NCBI GenBank assembly: GCA_037379345.1
Contig: CM074511.1
Location: 17,794,001-17,858,000, forward strand
Length of the DNA: 64,000 bases
Reading direction: 5' to 3'
Source of the DNA: Perna viridis
Taxonomy: Eukaryota
This document shows, one piece after another, positions 1 to 8,018 of the stretch (positions within the stretch are counted from its first letter, which is position 1; the number at the start of each line of letters is the position of its first letter). The translations under genes were made by a program, and so were the position numbers. The notes beneath the pieces are model-generated. The model did not search any database. It was not told the origin of the DNA and worked only from the letters and a program-made list of their open reading frames with translations.

Positions 1-399
1 ATCATTGTGTGTAGATGTTTGACTCAGTTCAATGACTTTTTTAAAGATTCCCTACATAACATTCTGTGTAATAGTTCTACTAGCTTTGTCAATACTCTAG
101 ATTTCAATTATATATGTTACTTTGGTCTAGTCAAGAAGGATAAAAATATAAACTTATACTTTGTAAATACAGTTTTATGTGCTAGAAGATTCTGTGTAGT
201 AAAGAGGAGAAATATCTCTATGAAGGATGATCATTTGATAGACATAGTGCCATATTTTAAAAATGTTCTGCAAAAACATGTGAGTTATGCATACTTGTAT
301 TATAAACAGAAGAAGTGCATGTATTTATTTGAAAAGTATTATTTTAAAAAAAATCCTGTATTAAGGATAAGTAATGATGAAGTACATATTGAGTTTTAA
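1..399 (+). CDS. C-terminal fragment of retrotransposon ORF2 (E1), 5'-truncated by the window edge
   Basis: Open frame from base 1 (IIVCRCLTQFNDFFKD...NPVLRISNDEVHIEF) that aligns with the ends of ORF2 in E2 and E3. Confidence 0.9.
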   Translation: MIVCRCLTQFNDFFKDSLHNILCNSSTSFVNTLDFNYICYFGLVKKDKNINLYFVNTVLCARRFCVVKRRNISMKDDHLIDIVPYFKNVLQKHVSYAYLYYKQKKCMYLFEKYYFKKNPVLRISNDEVHIEF

Positions 400-530
400 T
401 TGAGATCTGTTGTTAAAAATTGTTACAATTCTAACCAACACTGTGATAATATGAATTAATGGGAGACTAGCCCAATAATTCTTTTATGAATGTATTTATT
501 TGAATAAAATTTTATCAAAATAAAAAAAAA
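1..530 (+). mobile_element. Tx1/L1-clade non-LTR retrotransposon, copy E1 (3' part only), inserted in 5S rDNA
   Basis: ORF2 C-terminus homologous to E2/E3, 3'UTR stem-loop at 453-481, AATAAA, and an A-tail abutting 5S nt 28 at position 531. Confidence 0.92.
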
Positions 531-622
531 CCGGTTCTCGTCCGATCACCGAAGTTAAGCAGCGTCGAGTCCGGTTAGTACTTGGATGGGTGACCGCCTG
601 GGAATACCGGATGCCGTACACA
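531..622 (+). rRNA. 5S rRNA: 5S rRNA gene, 3' part (nt 28-119), interrupted by E1
   Basis: CCGGTTCTCGTCCGATCACCGAAGTTAAGC...GGTTAGTACTTGGATGGGTGACCGCCTGGGAATACCGG is canonical metazoan 5S containing the A box, intermediate element and C box. Confidence 0.97.
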
Positions 623-632
623 TTTCCTTTTT
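623..632 (+). terminator. Pol III T-run terminator of 5S (equivalents at 7322-7329 and 13996-14004)
   Basis: TTTCCTTTTT immediately after the 5S 3' end. Confidence 0.8.
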
Positions 633-1253
633 AGTTTCCTTCTCTTTTTATTTTATCACATAATTTTTCACAGGTTGATATTAGAGTATCCGTTCTTTGT
701 ATTAGAGTAAGCATTTAATGAAAATCTAAAATTGCAAAGCTAGTTATAAGTTTTTTAAAAGTACGAAACGAATAAGGGGGCGGGAGTATACACATTGCAT
801 GACTTGGGGACGACTTCCATCTTGCAATTGTGACTAGAATTTGGACGTCGCATGGCGACAGGCAGATGAAAAAGAGGCACGTTTGGAAGCGGCCGGTGAG
901 TAAATTTCTCTAGTCTATTTAAAACCAATTTGACAGGTTACATTACCAATATTGGATCAATTGAGTCAAAAATTAGCGCGCGCACGGACTCTTCGTGCGC
1001 GGACTGCTCAAGACAAATGAACCCCCCTCTTTGGACACAACCAGAAAAGGGAAAGGAAAGTAAGAATAAACCTGCATTTGTTATCTGCTTGTGGTTATGC
1101 GTCGGTTTGGAATTCATTTTGGAATTTTATGATATTTTTTTTGTGTAAAAACGTTTTATTTGAAATCATTATTTTCGTCACTCTGTTCATACTCGATTTA
1201 CACGACGGGACCATATTTCATGAAACTTCAGTTTGTTAAGGTACCAGAAAGTT

Positions 1254-1258
1254 TATAA
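1254..1258 (+). promoter_or_regulatory. TATA-like element at -28 of 5S (also 7951-7955)
   Basis: TATAA at the same -28 offset before both 5S starts. Upstream TATA-like boxes are typical of invertebrate 5S genes. It is lost in the terminal copy. Confidence 0.65.
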
Positions 1259-1281
1259 GGCAATATTTGACAGTATTTACT

Positions 1282-1335
1282 GTCTACGACCATATCACGC
1301 TGAAAGCACCGGTTCTCGTCCGATCACCGAAGTTA
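1282..1335 (+). rRNA. 5S rRNA: 5S rRNA gene, 5' part (nt 1-54), interrupted by E2
   Basis: GTCTACGACCATATCACGCTGAAAGCACCGGTTCTCGTCCGATCACCGAAGTTA followed by non-5S sequence. Confidence 0.96.
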
Positions 1336-1590
1336 GGTCGGTTTTTGGATGCATCATATGTAGGATGTAAACATTGTGTCGTCCGAGAATTTTTCTTTGT
1401 TTGGTGAGTTCTTCGCCGTATTTTTGTGTGTAAACATTTCCTGAACATTGTTAGATGATATTTGCTTTAAGGTGATAATAGTTTCCATATAAATATTCGT
1501 TTTATATCCCCTTTTCCTGCTTTTTCGTAGCAGGAAAAAGGGGGAGGAAAGGTGCGCTCGATTCTTTTCTGGAGATCCATCTAAGAACTA

Positions 1591-3189
1591 ATGGCGAACT
1601 TTGAAAGAAGTGGATCAGAAAGGTCCAATAGAAAGTCTTTTAATGTTGAAAATGAATTTTCAAAGGAGAAAACTGTTTTAATTTCATGTGTACTTGTAGG
1701 TTTTGGGAAAGTAGAACCTGATTCAGTAATTGATGAAATTGAATCGAAATGTGGTAGAGGAAGTGTTATAGCATGTGTGCCAAAGACCGGCAATGGATAT
1801 GAAGTTGTATTTAGAGAGAGGCAGATGATGGAACCAATTCTTGGTGATTTATCAGTCAGTGGTAAAACATTTAAAGTGACTGAATTAGAATCCAGCTTCA
1901 GATATGTTTCAATACTCAACTTGAGTATGTATGTTACTGATGCTGAAATCATTGAAAGATTTTCAAAAATTGGAGTTGAAGTGGTGTCACCAATTAAAAA
2001 ACATAAGATGAAGTCGAAAAACTATACTTATGATGGAACAAGAGTATTTAAGGCAAAACTTCCGCCTAATATGAAATTCATCCCCTACTCGATGAAGTTC
2101 TCAGTGAATGAAAAAGAAACTGCATACTATCGTGTGATCCACAATCATCAAGTTAGAGTGTGCCATGGGTGTTTTAGCCCGGACCACATATATAAAGATT
2201 GTCCTGATTTCAAGTGTTTTGAGTGTGGCGAGCAAGATCATATTAGTAGGAAATGCTTGAAAAATAAGTGTTCTTTCTGCTTTTACAAGAAGGAGAACTG
2301 TAAGTGTGAAACCTTGAGGAAGACAGACGTGGGTAATTCATGTACAGAATTCCAAACTGATTCCTACTCAGACATTTTGAAGGATCATGACATTCAACAT
2401 TCAAGTGACAGAATGTTTCATACAGAAAATGATGATTCAAGTGATGTTTCTGAAGATGATGAATGGGCACAGAACACTAGAAGATGTGAAAATGTTGTCA
2501 GTAGTGTTCATTCCCGTTGTCGTGATGATGTCAGTCATGTTGACACTAATGGCGATGCTATCCATACAACTGTGGAGGCGGTTGTTGAGCCGATAGCAAA
2601 TGGTGATAATGGTGTTGCTAGCCATATCACAGATGATGTTCCAAATGGTGTTGCTAGCCAGTGTATTGATGAATGTGACGGTGCTAGTCACGATGGAGAG
2701 AATCATGAAGTGGATGGTGATGACGTTTCTGAGGTGTTAGATGATGTTTGTGACATGGTTCATGGTGTTGAAGATATTGTAAGTGGTAAAGATAAAGAAA
2801 AAGTAGAATCAGAAATTGATCATGACAATCTTACTAATAATATAGATGTTAGCCATGTTAATTTGGTTGAATTTAATGATGTCTCTGGTGTATCTGAGAA
2901 TAATGTTAAAGATATTGATCATATATCTAATATAGAAAATACTGTCTCCTCTCAGGATAAAATCAAAAGCCAGGGAGGAGTCAGCCATAGTACTTGTGAT
3001 ACTTTGGATGATTTTGAAATGGACACTCATTCATTGACAAGTGATTGTCAGTTGACGAGTATTGATGAGTTTACTGTTGTGGGTAAGAAAAAATCCTACT
3101 TGGGTATCAAAAGGCGAAATAAATTTCAGATTAAACCTAATTTAAAGGCAGCTAGATTGTCAAATGTTAAAAATAAGTTAATGAAGTAA
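1591..3189 (+). CDS. Retrotransposon ORF1 (gag-like nucleic-acid-binding protein with CCHC zinc knuckles), 532 aa
   Basis: CHGCFSPDHIYKDC and CFECGEQDHISRKC knuckles, a further Cys cluster, an acidic low-complexity region and a basic C-terminus; layout typical of Tx1 ORF1. Confidence 0.92.
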   Translation: MANFERSGSERSNRKSFNVENEFSKEKTVLISCVLVGFGKVEPDSVIDEIESKCGRGSVIACVPKTGNGYEVVFRERQMMEPILGDLSVSGKTFKVTELESSFRYVSILNLSMYVTDAEIIERFSKIGVEVVSPIKKHKMKSKNYTYDGTRVFKAKLPPNMKFIPYSMKFSVNEKETAYYRVIHNHQVRVCHGCFSPDHIYKDCPDFKCFECGEQDHISRKCLKNKCSFCFYKKENCKCETLRKTDVGNSCTEFQTDSYSDILKDHDIQHSSDRMFHTENDDSSDVSEDDEWAQNTRRCENVVSSVHSRCRDDVSHVDTNGDAIHTTVEAVVEPIANGDNGVASHITDDVPNGVASQCIDECDGASHDGENHEVDGDDVSEVLDDVCDMVHGVEDIVSGKDKEKVESEIDHDNLTNNIDVSHVNLVEFNDVSGVSENNVKDIDHISNIENTVSSQDKIKSQGGVSHSTCDTLDDFEMDTHSLTSDCQLTSIDEFTVVGKKKSYLGIKRRNKFQIKPNLKAARLSNVKNKLMK

Positions 3190-3191
3190 CA

Positions 3192-6100
3192 ATGGAGTGG
3201 AATGTGTCATTAGTTATGAACTTTTGTTTTGTGATGGCTACTTTTAACTTCATTAGCCTTAATTGTAATGGTTTGTGTGACAAAAATAAAAGGGATTGTA
3301 TTTTTGCATTATGTATTGAAAGAAAATATGACATTGTTTGTTTACAGGAAACATTTTGGACTGATAAATTGTATGATGATATTCAAATTGATAAAACTGT
3401 ATGGGATGGTGAGATTTGTGCCAGTAATAGCATTTGTAATAGGAAAGGGGTTGCCATTCTTGTAAGTAAAAGGTTGAAAAATGTTTTTAAAGTTTGTGAG
3501 AGTGTATGTGGAAGATTAGTTCATATACAAGGTAAAATTCTTGACAAAAGTTTGGACATAATTAATTTGTATGCTCCAAATAATGTTAGTGAAAAGTGTA
3601 ATTTTTTCAATGATTGTAAAAGTAAAATATATGGAGATGAATTTATTATAATAGCAGGTGATTATAATACCATTCTTTCCCCTTTAGACAAAAGTGGGAA
3701 AACTGTTTTTTATGCTGACAGATCTTTAAAATGTCTGACTGAATTGATAAATGAAAAAGGTTTATCTGATGTATGGAGAGATAGAAATGTAGGTATTAAA
3801 ATGTTTTCAAGAAAACAAGTTGTACAAAGATTTTTAACTCAAAGTAGAATTGATTATTTTTTAGTTTCTTGTAATTTGAAACCATTTATAAAGAATGTTT
3901 TTTACAATGATACATCTTTCAGTGATCATTCTATTGTTAGTATGAAATTAGATTTTTCTGAAGTTGAAAAAGGACCTGGTGTTTGGATTTTTAACAAGTC
4001 CTTATTGAGTGATGATTTTTTTGTTGAAAAAATTAGAAATATCATACTGGATGAAATTGGTTTAGATTTTTATTTTTCACATCCATTAATTTGGTGGGAT
4101 AATTTGAAATATAAAATCAAGAAAACAAGTCAACTCTATGGTAAAGAAAAACAGAGAGAGTTATATAGATATTATAGAATACAGAATAAGTTACAAGAAT
4201 TGTCAATAAAGGCTGGTTGTGGTAATGATATAGATCATGTCAAATATTTAGAGTTGAAAGAGGAACTTGAAAGTTTAGAAAAACATAGATGTAATGGTGC
4301 TGTTATAAGATCCAAATGTCAATATTCATTAGAAAGTGATAAAAATACAGCCTATTTTTTGAATTTAGAGAAACAAAGACAGAATAGAAATATGATAAAT
4401 GGTTTAAAATATTGTGATGGTAATGTTGTCAGTGAAACTGCTGAAATTTTAGATGTTATTTATAGTTTTTATAAAAGGCTATTTTCTTGTGTACTAACTG
4501 ATTATGAAGCAATTGATAAAATGTTAGATTGTATTAACGTCAATGTTGACGTTTGTGATGTTGAAAAATGTGATGAGGATATTAATATTGAAGAAATAAA
4601 AACCTCTATAAAAGGTATGAAACAAGGAAAAACACCTGGTCCTGATGGACTTACGGTGGAGTTTTATTTATATTTTTTTAATGAGTTGAAAGATGTTTTG
4701 AAATATATTTATGATACAGTTGAAGATAATAAAGTTTTATCTAGGTCTATGAGGTATGGAATGATTAACCTAATTTATAAAAATAGAGGTGACAAAACTG
4801 ACTTGAAAAATTTTAGACCTATCAGTTTATTGAATGTAGATTATAAAATATTAGCAAGAGTCATGGCAAATAGGTTTAAATTTGTACTTCCAAAGATTAT
4901 TTCACCAACTCAGAGTTGTTGTATAATAGGTAAAGACATCTCTGATACTACTGTTACTGTAAGAGACATAATTGACTTGGTTGAAATGGATAATCTAGAA
5001 TGTTATTTGTTAAAGTTAGATCAGGAAAAGGCTTTTGACAGGGTTGGGCATGAATATCTTTTCTCGGTTTTACAAAAATTTGGTTTTGGGGAGAGATTTA
5101 TATCTTGGATAAAAGTTTTTTATACAGATATTTTTAGTACTGTCAAGTGCAATGGTTTCCTATCCAAATATTTTCCATTGGCAAACTCTGTTAAACAAGG
5201 TTGCCCAATATCTGCTTTATTGTATGTTTTAGCTGCTGAACCTTTAAGTATAATGATCAAAAAGAATGATAGAATTCAAGGTATTAACATTCCTGTTGTG
5301 AATATTGAAGAAAAAATATTTTCACATGCTGATGACACTACATTGATATTGTCTGACAAAAATTCAGTAACTGAATCCTTTAATGTTTTACAATTGTATG
5401 AACAAGCATCTGGGGCAAAATTAAATAAAGATAAATCTGACATTTTGGCATTGGGTACTGGAAAAATATCAAAAAATGATTTAGATGCTTGGAAAATTAA
5501 AGAGTGTGATGGGGTTTTACAGCTTTTAGGCATATGGATTGGCAAGAATAAAAAGTTATGTGATAATCTGAATTGGGAATGCAAAGTGCAGTCTATTTCA
5601 AAAATACTGAATCTTTGGAAAATGAGACAATTGTCAATACATGGTAGAGTAACTGTGATAAATACTCTTTTAATGAGCAAACTTTGGTATACTCTGATGG
5701 TAGTTAATATACCAGAAAAATACTATTTAGATATAAAGAAATTGTGCATCGGGTTTTTGTGGAATGATAAACCATCTTTGGTTGCTTATGATGTTGTTAT
5801 TAATAGAATACTAGATGGAGGTTTGAATTTTTCAGAAATTTTACATAAGATGTATGCGTTTAGACTTAAATTTTTAAGTCGTTTGTTAGATGTAGAGTAC
5901 AGTGCTGTTTGGAAACATCTTTGTACTTATTTCTTTTCCAAAGTACAAGTTATGAAACTTGGTATTGAGATTTTGTTCTGTGAATTTAAGCAGAGACAGT
6001 TGGGGAGTTTACCTGATTTTTATAAATGTATGCTGTTTGCTTGGGGAAAGATACGTGATTATATTGAAATTGATATCAATTTGAATAATGTATTTGACCT

Positions 6101-7091
6101 GCCTTTGGTCAATAATCCTTTAATTACTAATAATGGTAATATGCTGTATATCAAGACTTTTATAGATGCAGGCATTATTAAAGTCAAACATTTAGCATTT
6201 GAATGTAAAAAGGGATTCATGAGAGATGAGTTTGTTCAAGATATTGTTTCTAAAAAGTTTCCACAGGTATCTGCTGCTAAGATTATTAAGGTAGTACAAT
6301 GTATAAAACAATGTATTCCTGATGAATGTAAAGTTTTAGTAGAAAATAAAGAAAATGTTCGTAGAAATCTCAGTTTGAATATAGAATGTAATGTTAATAA
6401 TAGAAAATACTCTTTTCCTAGTACAACAAAGTTTTTTTATTCTATGTTGTTGAAATCATTATCAAAAGAACCGAATGCTGTCAAATATTGGTGTGAGATA
6501 TTTTCTGATTTTGATACTCAAAAAGTCCAAACAATTTTGAACTTTCCATTTTTACCAAGTGATTGGATTGAGTTATCATTTAAAATATTTCATAGAGTTT
6601 TATTTACTAAGGAGAGGTTATTGAGATGTCGCATTACTGATGATTCATTGTGTCCAGTTTGTGACGATATACATGAGGACTTAGAACATTTTATAATTTC
6701 GTGTAGATGTTTGACTCAATTCAATGACTTTTTTAAAGATTTTTTACATAATATATTGTGTAATAGTTCAGCTACCTTTATCAATATGTTAGACTTTGAT
6801 TATCTATGTTATTTCGGTCTACTCAAGAAAGATAAAAAAGTTAACTTTTATTTTGTTAATACTGCTTTATCTGTTAGAAGGTTTTATGTTGTAAAGAGAA
6901 GAAATTTAGTCATGAAAGAGGAGAAAGTTTTGCACATTATTTCTTATTTTAAATCTGTTCTTCAAAAGCATGTTAATTATGCTTACATGTATTATATACA
7001 GAAAAAGAACTTTTCTTTGTTTCAAAAATATTACTTGAATGACAATCCTGTTCTGCGCATCTCTGATGATAATGTTGTGATAGACTTTTAA
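3192..7091 (+). CDS. Retrotransposon ORF2: APE endonuclease, reverse transcriptase and C-terminal CCHC finger, 1299 aa
   Basis: APE motifs LNCNGL, LQET, YAPN, GDYN, SRIDY, SDH. RT motifs PGPDG, RPISLLNVDYKI, LDQEKAFD, KQGCPIS, HADD. Zinc finger CPVCx8Hx4C. Confidence 0.97.
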   Translation: MEWNVSLVMNFCFVMATFNFISLNCNGLCDKNKRDCIFALCIERKYDIVCLQETFWTDKLYDDIQIDKTVWDGEICASNSICNRKGVAILVSKRLKNVFKVCESVCGRLVHIQGKILDKSLDIINLYAPNNVSEKCNFFNDCKSKIYGDEFIIIAGDYNTILSPLDKSGKTVFYADRSLKCLTELINEKGLSDVWRDRNVGIKMFSRKQVVQRFLTQSRIDYFLVSCNLKPFIKNVFYNDTSFSDHSIVSMKLDFSEVEKGPGVWIFNKSLLSDDFFVEKIRNIILDEIGLDFYFSHPLIWWDNLKYKIKKTSQLYGKEKQRELYRYYRIQNKLQELSIKAGCGNDIDHVKYLELKEELESLEKHRCNGAVIRSKCQYSLESDKNTAYFLNLEKQRQNRNMINGLKYCDGNVVSETAEILDVIYSFYKRLFSCVLTDYEAIDKMLDCINVNVDVCDVEKCDEDINIEEIKTSIKGMKQGKTPGPDGLTVEFYLYFFNELKDVLKYIYDTVEDNKVLSRSMRYGMINLIYKNRGDKTDLKNFRPISLLNVDYKILARVMANRFKFVLPKIISPTQSCCIIGKDISDTTVTVRDIIDLVEMDNLECYLLKLDQEKAFDRVGHEYLFSVLQKFGFGERFISWIKVFYTDIFSTVKCNGFLSKYFPLANSVKQGCPISALLYVLAAEPLSIMIKKNDRIQGINIPVVNIEEKIFSHADDTTLILSDKNSVTESFNVLQLYEQASGAKLNKDKSDILALGTGKISKNDLDAWKIKECDGVLQLLGIWIGKNKKLCDNLNWECKVQSISKILNLWKMRQLSIHGRVTVINTLLMSKLWYTLMVVNIPEKYYLDIKKLCIGFLWNDKPSLVAYDVVINRILDGGLNFSEILHKMYAFRLKFLSRLLDVEYSAVWKHLCTYFFSKVQVMKLGIEILFCEFKQRQLGSLPDFYKCMLFAWGKIRDYIEIDINLNNVFDLPLVNNPLITNNGNMLYIKTFIDAGIIKVKHLAFECKKGFMRDEFVQDIVSKKFPQVSAAKIIKVVQCIKQCIPDECKVLVENKENVRRNLSLNIECNVNNRKYSFPSTTKFFYSMLLKSLSKEPNAVKYWCEIFSDFDTQKVQTILNFPFLPSDWIELSFKIFHRVLFTKERLLRCRITDDSLCPVCDDIHEDLEHFIISCRCLTQFNDFFKDFLHNILCNSSATFINMLDFDYLCYFGLLKKDKKVNFYFVNTALSVRRFYVVKRRNLVMKEEKVLHIISYFKSVLQKHVNYAYMYYIQKKNFSLFQKYYLNDNPVLRISDDNVVIDF

Positions 7092-7229
7092 ATATACTTA
7101 TTCATATATACTGTCAATGTAATTTAGGAAAATTTGTGATCTGTGATATGTGAATTATTGGGAGACTAGCCCAATAATTCTTTTATATGATGTTTTACTG
7201 TGAATAAAATTTTATCAAGATAAAAAAAA

Positions 7230-7321
7230 CCGGTTCTCGTCCGATCACCGAAGTTAAGCAGCGTCGAGTCCGGTTAGTACTTGGATGGGTGACCGCCTGG
7301 GAATACCGGATGCCGTAGACA
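7230..7321 (+). rRNA. 5S rRNA: 5S rRNA gene, 3' part (nt 28-119) downstream of E2
   Basis: Same 5S sequence as 531-622, but ends in GTAGAC, which pairs with the 5' GTCTAC. Confidence 0.97.
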
Positions 7322-7978
7322 TTTCTTTTAGTTTCCTTCTCTTTTTATTTTATCACATAATTTTTCACAGGTTGATATTAGAGTATCCGTTCTTTGTATT
7401 AGAGTAAGCATTTAATGAAAATCTAAAATTGCAAAGCTAGTTATTAGTTTTTTAAAAGTACGAAACGAATAAGGGGGCGGGAGTATACACATTGCATGAC
7501 TTGGGGACGACTTCCATCTTGCAATTGTGACTAGAATTTGGACGTCGCATGGCGACAGGCAGATGAAAAAGAGGCACGTTTGGAAGCGGCCGGTGAGTAA
7601 ATTTCTCTAGTCTATTTAAAACCAATTTGACAGGTTACATTACCAATATTGGATCAATTGAGTCAGAAATTAGCGCGCGCACGGACTCCTCGTGGGCGGA
7701 CTGCTCAAGACAAATGAACCCCCTTCTTTGGACACAACCAGAAAAAGGAAAGAAAACTAAGAATAAACCTGCATTTGTTATCTGCTTGTGGTTATGCGTC
7801 GGTTTGGAATTCGTTTTGGAATTTTATGATATTTTTTTGGTGTAAAAACGTTTTATTTGAAATTATTATTTTCGTCACTCTGTTCGTACTCGATTTACAC
7901 GACGGGACTATATTTCATGAAACTTCAGTTTGTTAAGGTACCAGAAAGTTTATAAGGCAATACTTGACAGTATTTACT
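7322..7978. repeat. 5S rDNA non-transcribed spacer, copy 2
   Basis: Nearly identical to spacer 1; unit length 776 bp. Confidence 0.93.
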
Positions 7979-8018
7979 GTCTACGACCATATCACGCTGA
8001 AAGCACCGGTTCTCATCC
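7979..8018 (+). rRNA. 5S rRNA: 5S rRNA gene, 5' part (nt 1-36, or to nt 40 with one mismatch), interrupted by E3
   Basis: GTCTACGACCATATCACGCTGAAAGCACCGGTTCTCaTCC followed by element sequence. Confidence 0.93.

Larger units (their letters stand above)
623..1281. repeat. 5S rDNA non-transcribed spacer, copy 1
   Basis: Nearly identical to 7322-7978 and 13996-~14530. Unit length from nt 28 to the next nt 28 is 778 bp. Confidence 0.93.
1336..7229 (+). mobile_element. Full-length, apparently intact Tx1/L1-clade non-LTR retrotransposon E2 (~5.9 kb) in 5S rDNA
   Basis: 5'UTR, ORF1, ORF2, 3'UTR and A-tail, flanked by a 27-bp duplication of 5S nt 28-54 (1309-1335 and 7230-7256). Confidence 0.95.

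Noticed and set aside
930-1148. Repeated 72-94-aa ORFs (also 7627-7845 and 14303-14587)
   Set aside because: They start at TTG, lie in the 5S spacer and have no recognisable domain. The similarity simply reflects spacer identity, and copy 3 diverges after a deletion.
623-1281. Linked tRNA, U1 or SL RNA gene in the 5S spacer, as found in some invertebrate 5S arrays
   Set aside because: No B-box (GTTCRA) cloverleaf or U1 5' motif was found by eye on either strand. An Rfam or tRNAscan run would settle it.
1341-1351. Element start GGTTTTTGGATG as a mimic of the 5S C box (CTTGGATGGG)
   Set aside because: The match is only about 7 nt, its spacing from +1 is wrong in both copies, and the motif is explained by stem pairing.
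1336-1460. Hammerhead or HDV ribozyme in the 5'UTR
   Set aside because: CTGAAGA occurs in E3 but is CTGAACA in E2, and the HDV helix order could not be fitted. Kept only as an unclassified structure.
531-8018. ~780-bp direct repeats flanking gag-like and RT ORFs, read as LTRs
   Set aside because: The repeats are 5S rDNA units. The element has an APE domain, an A-tail and a TSD, and no integrase, protease or RNase H motifs.
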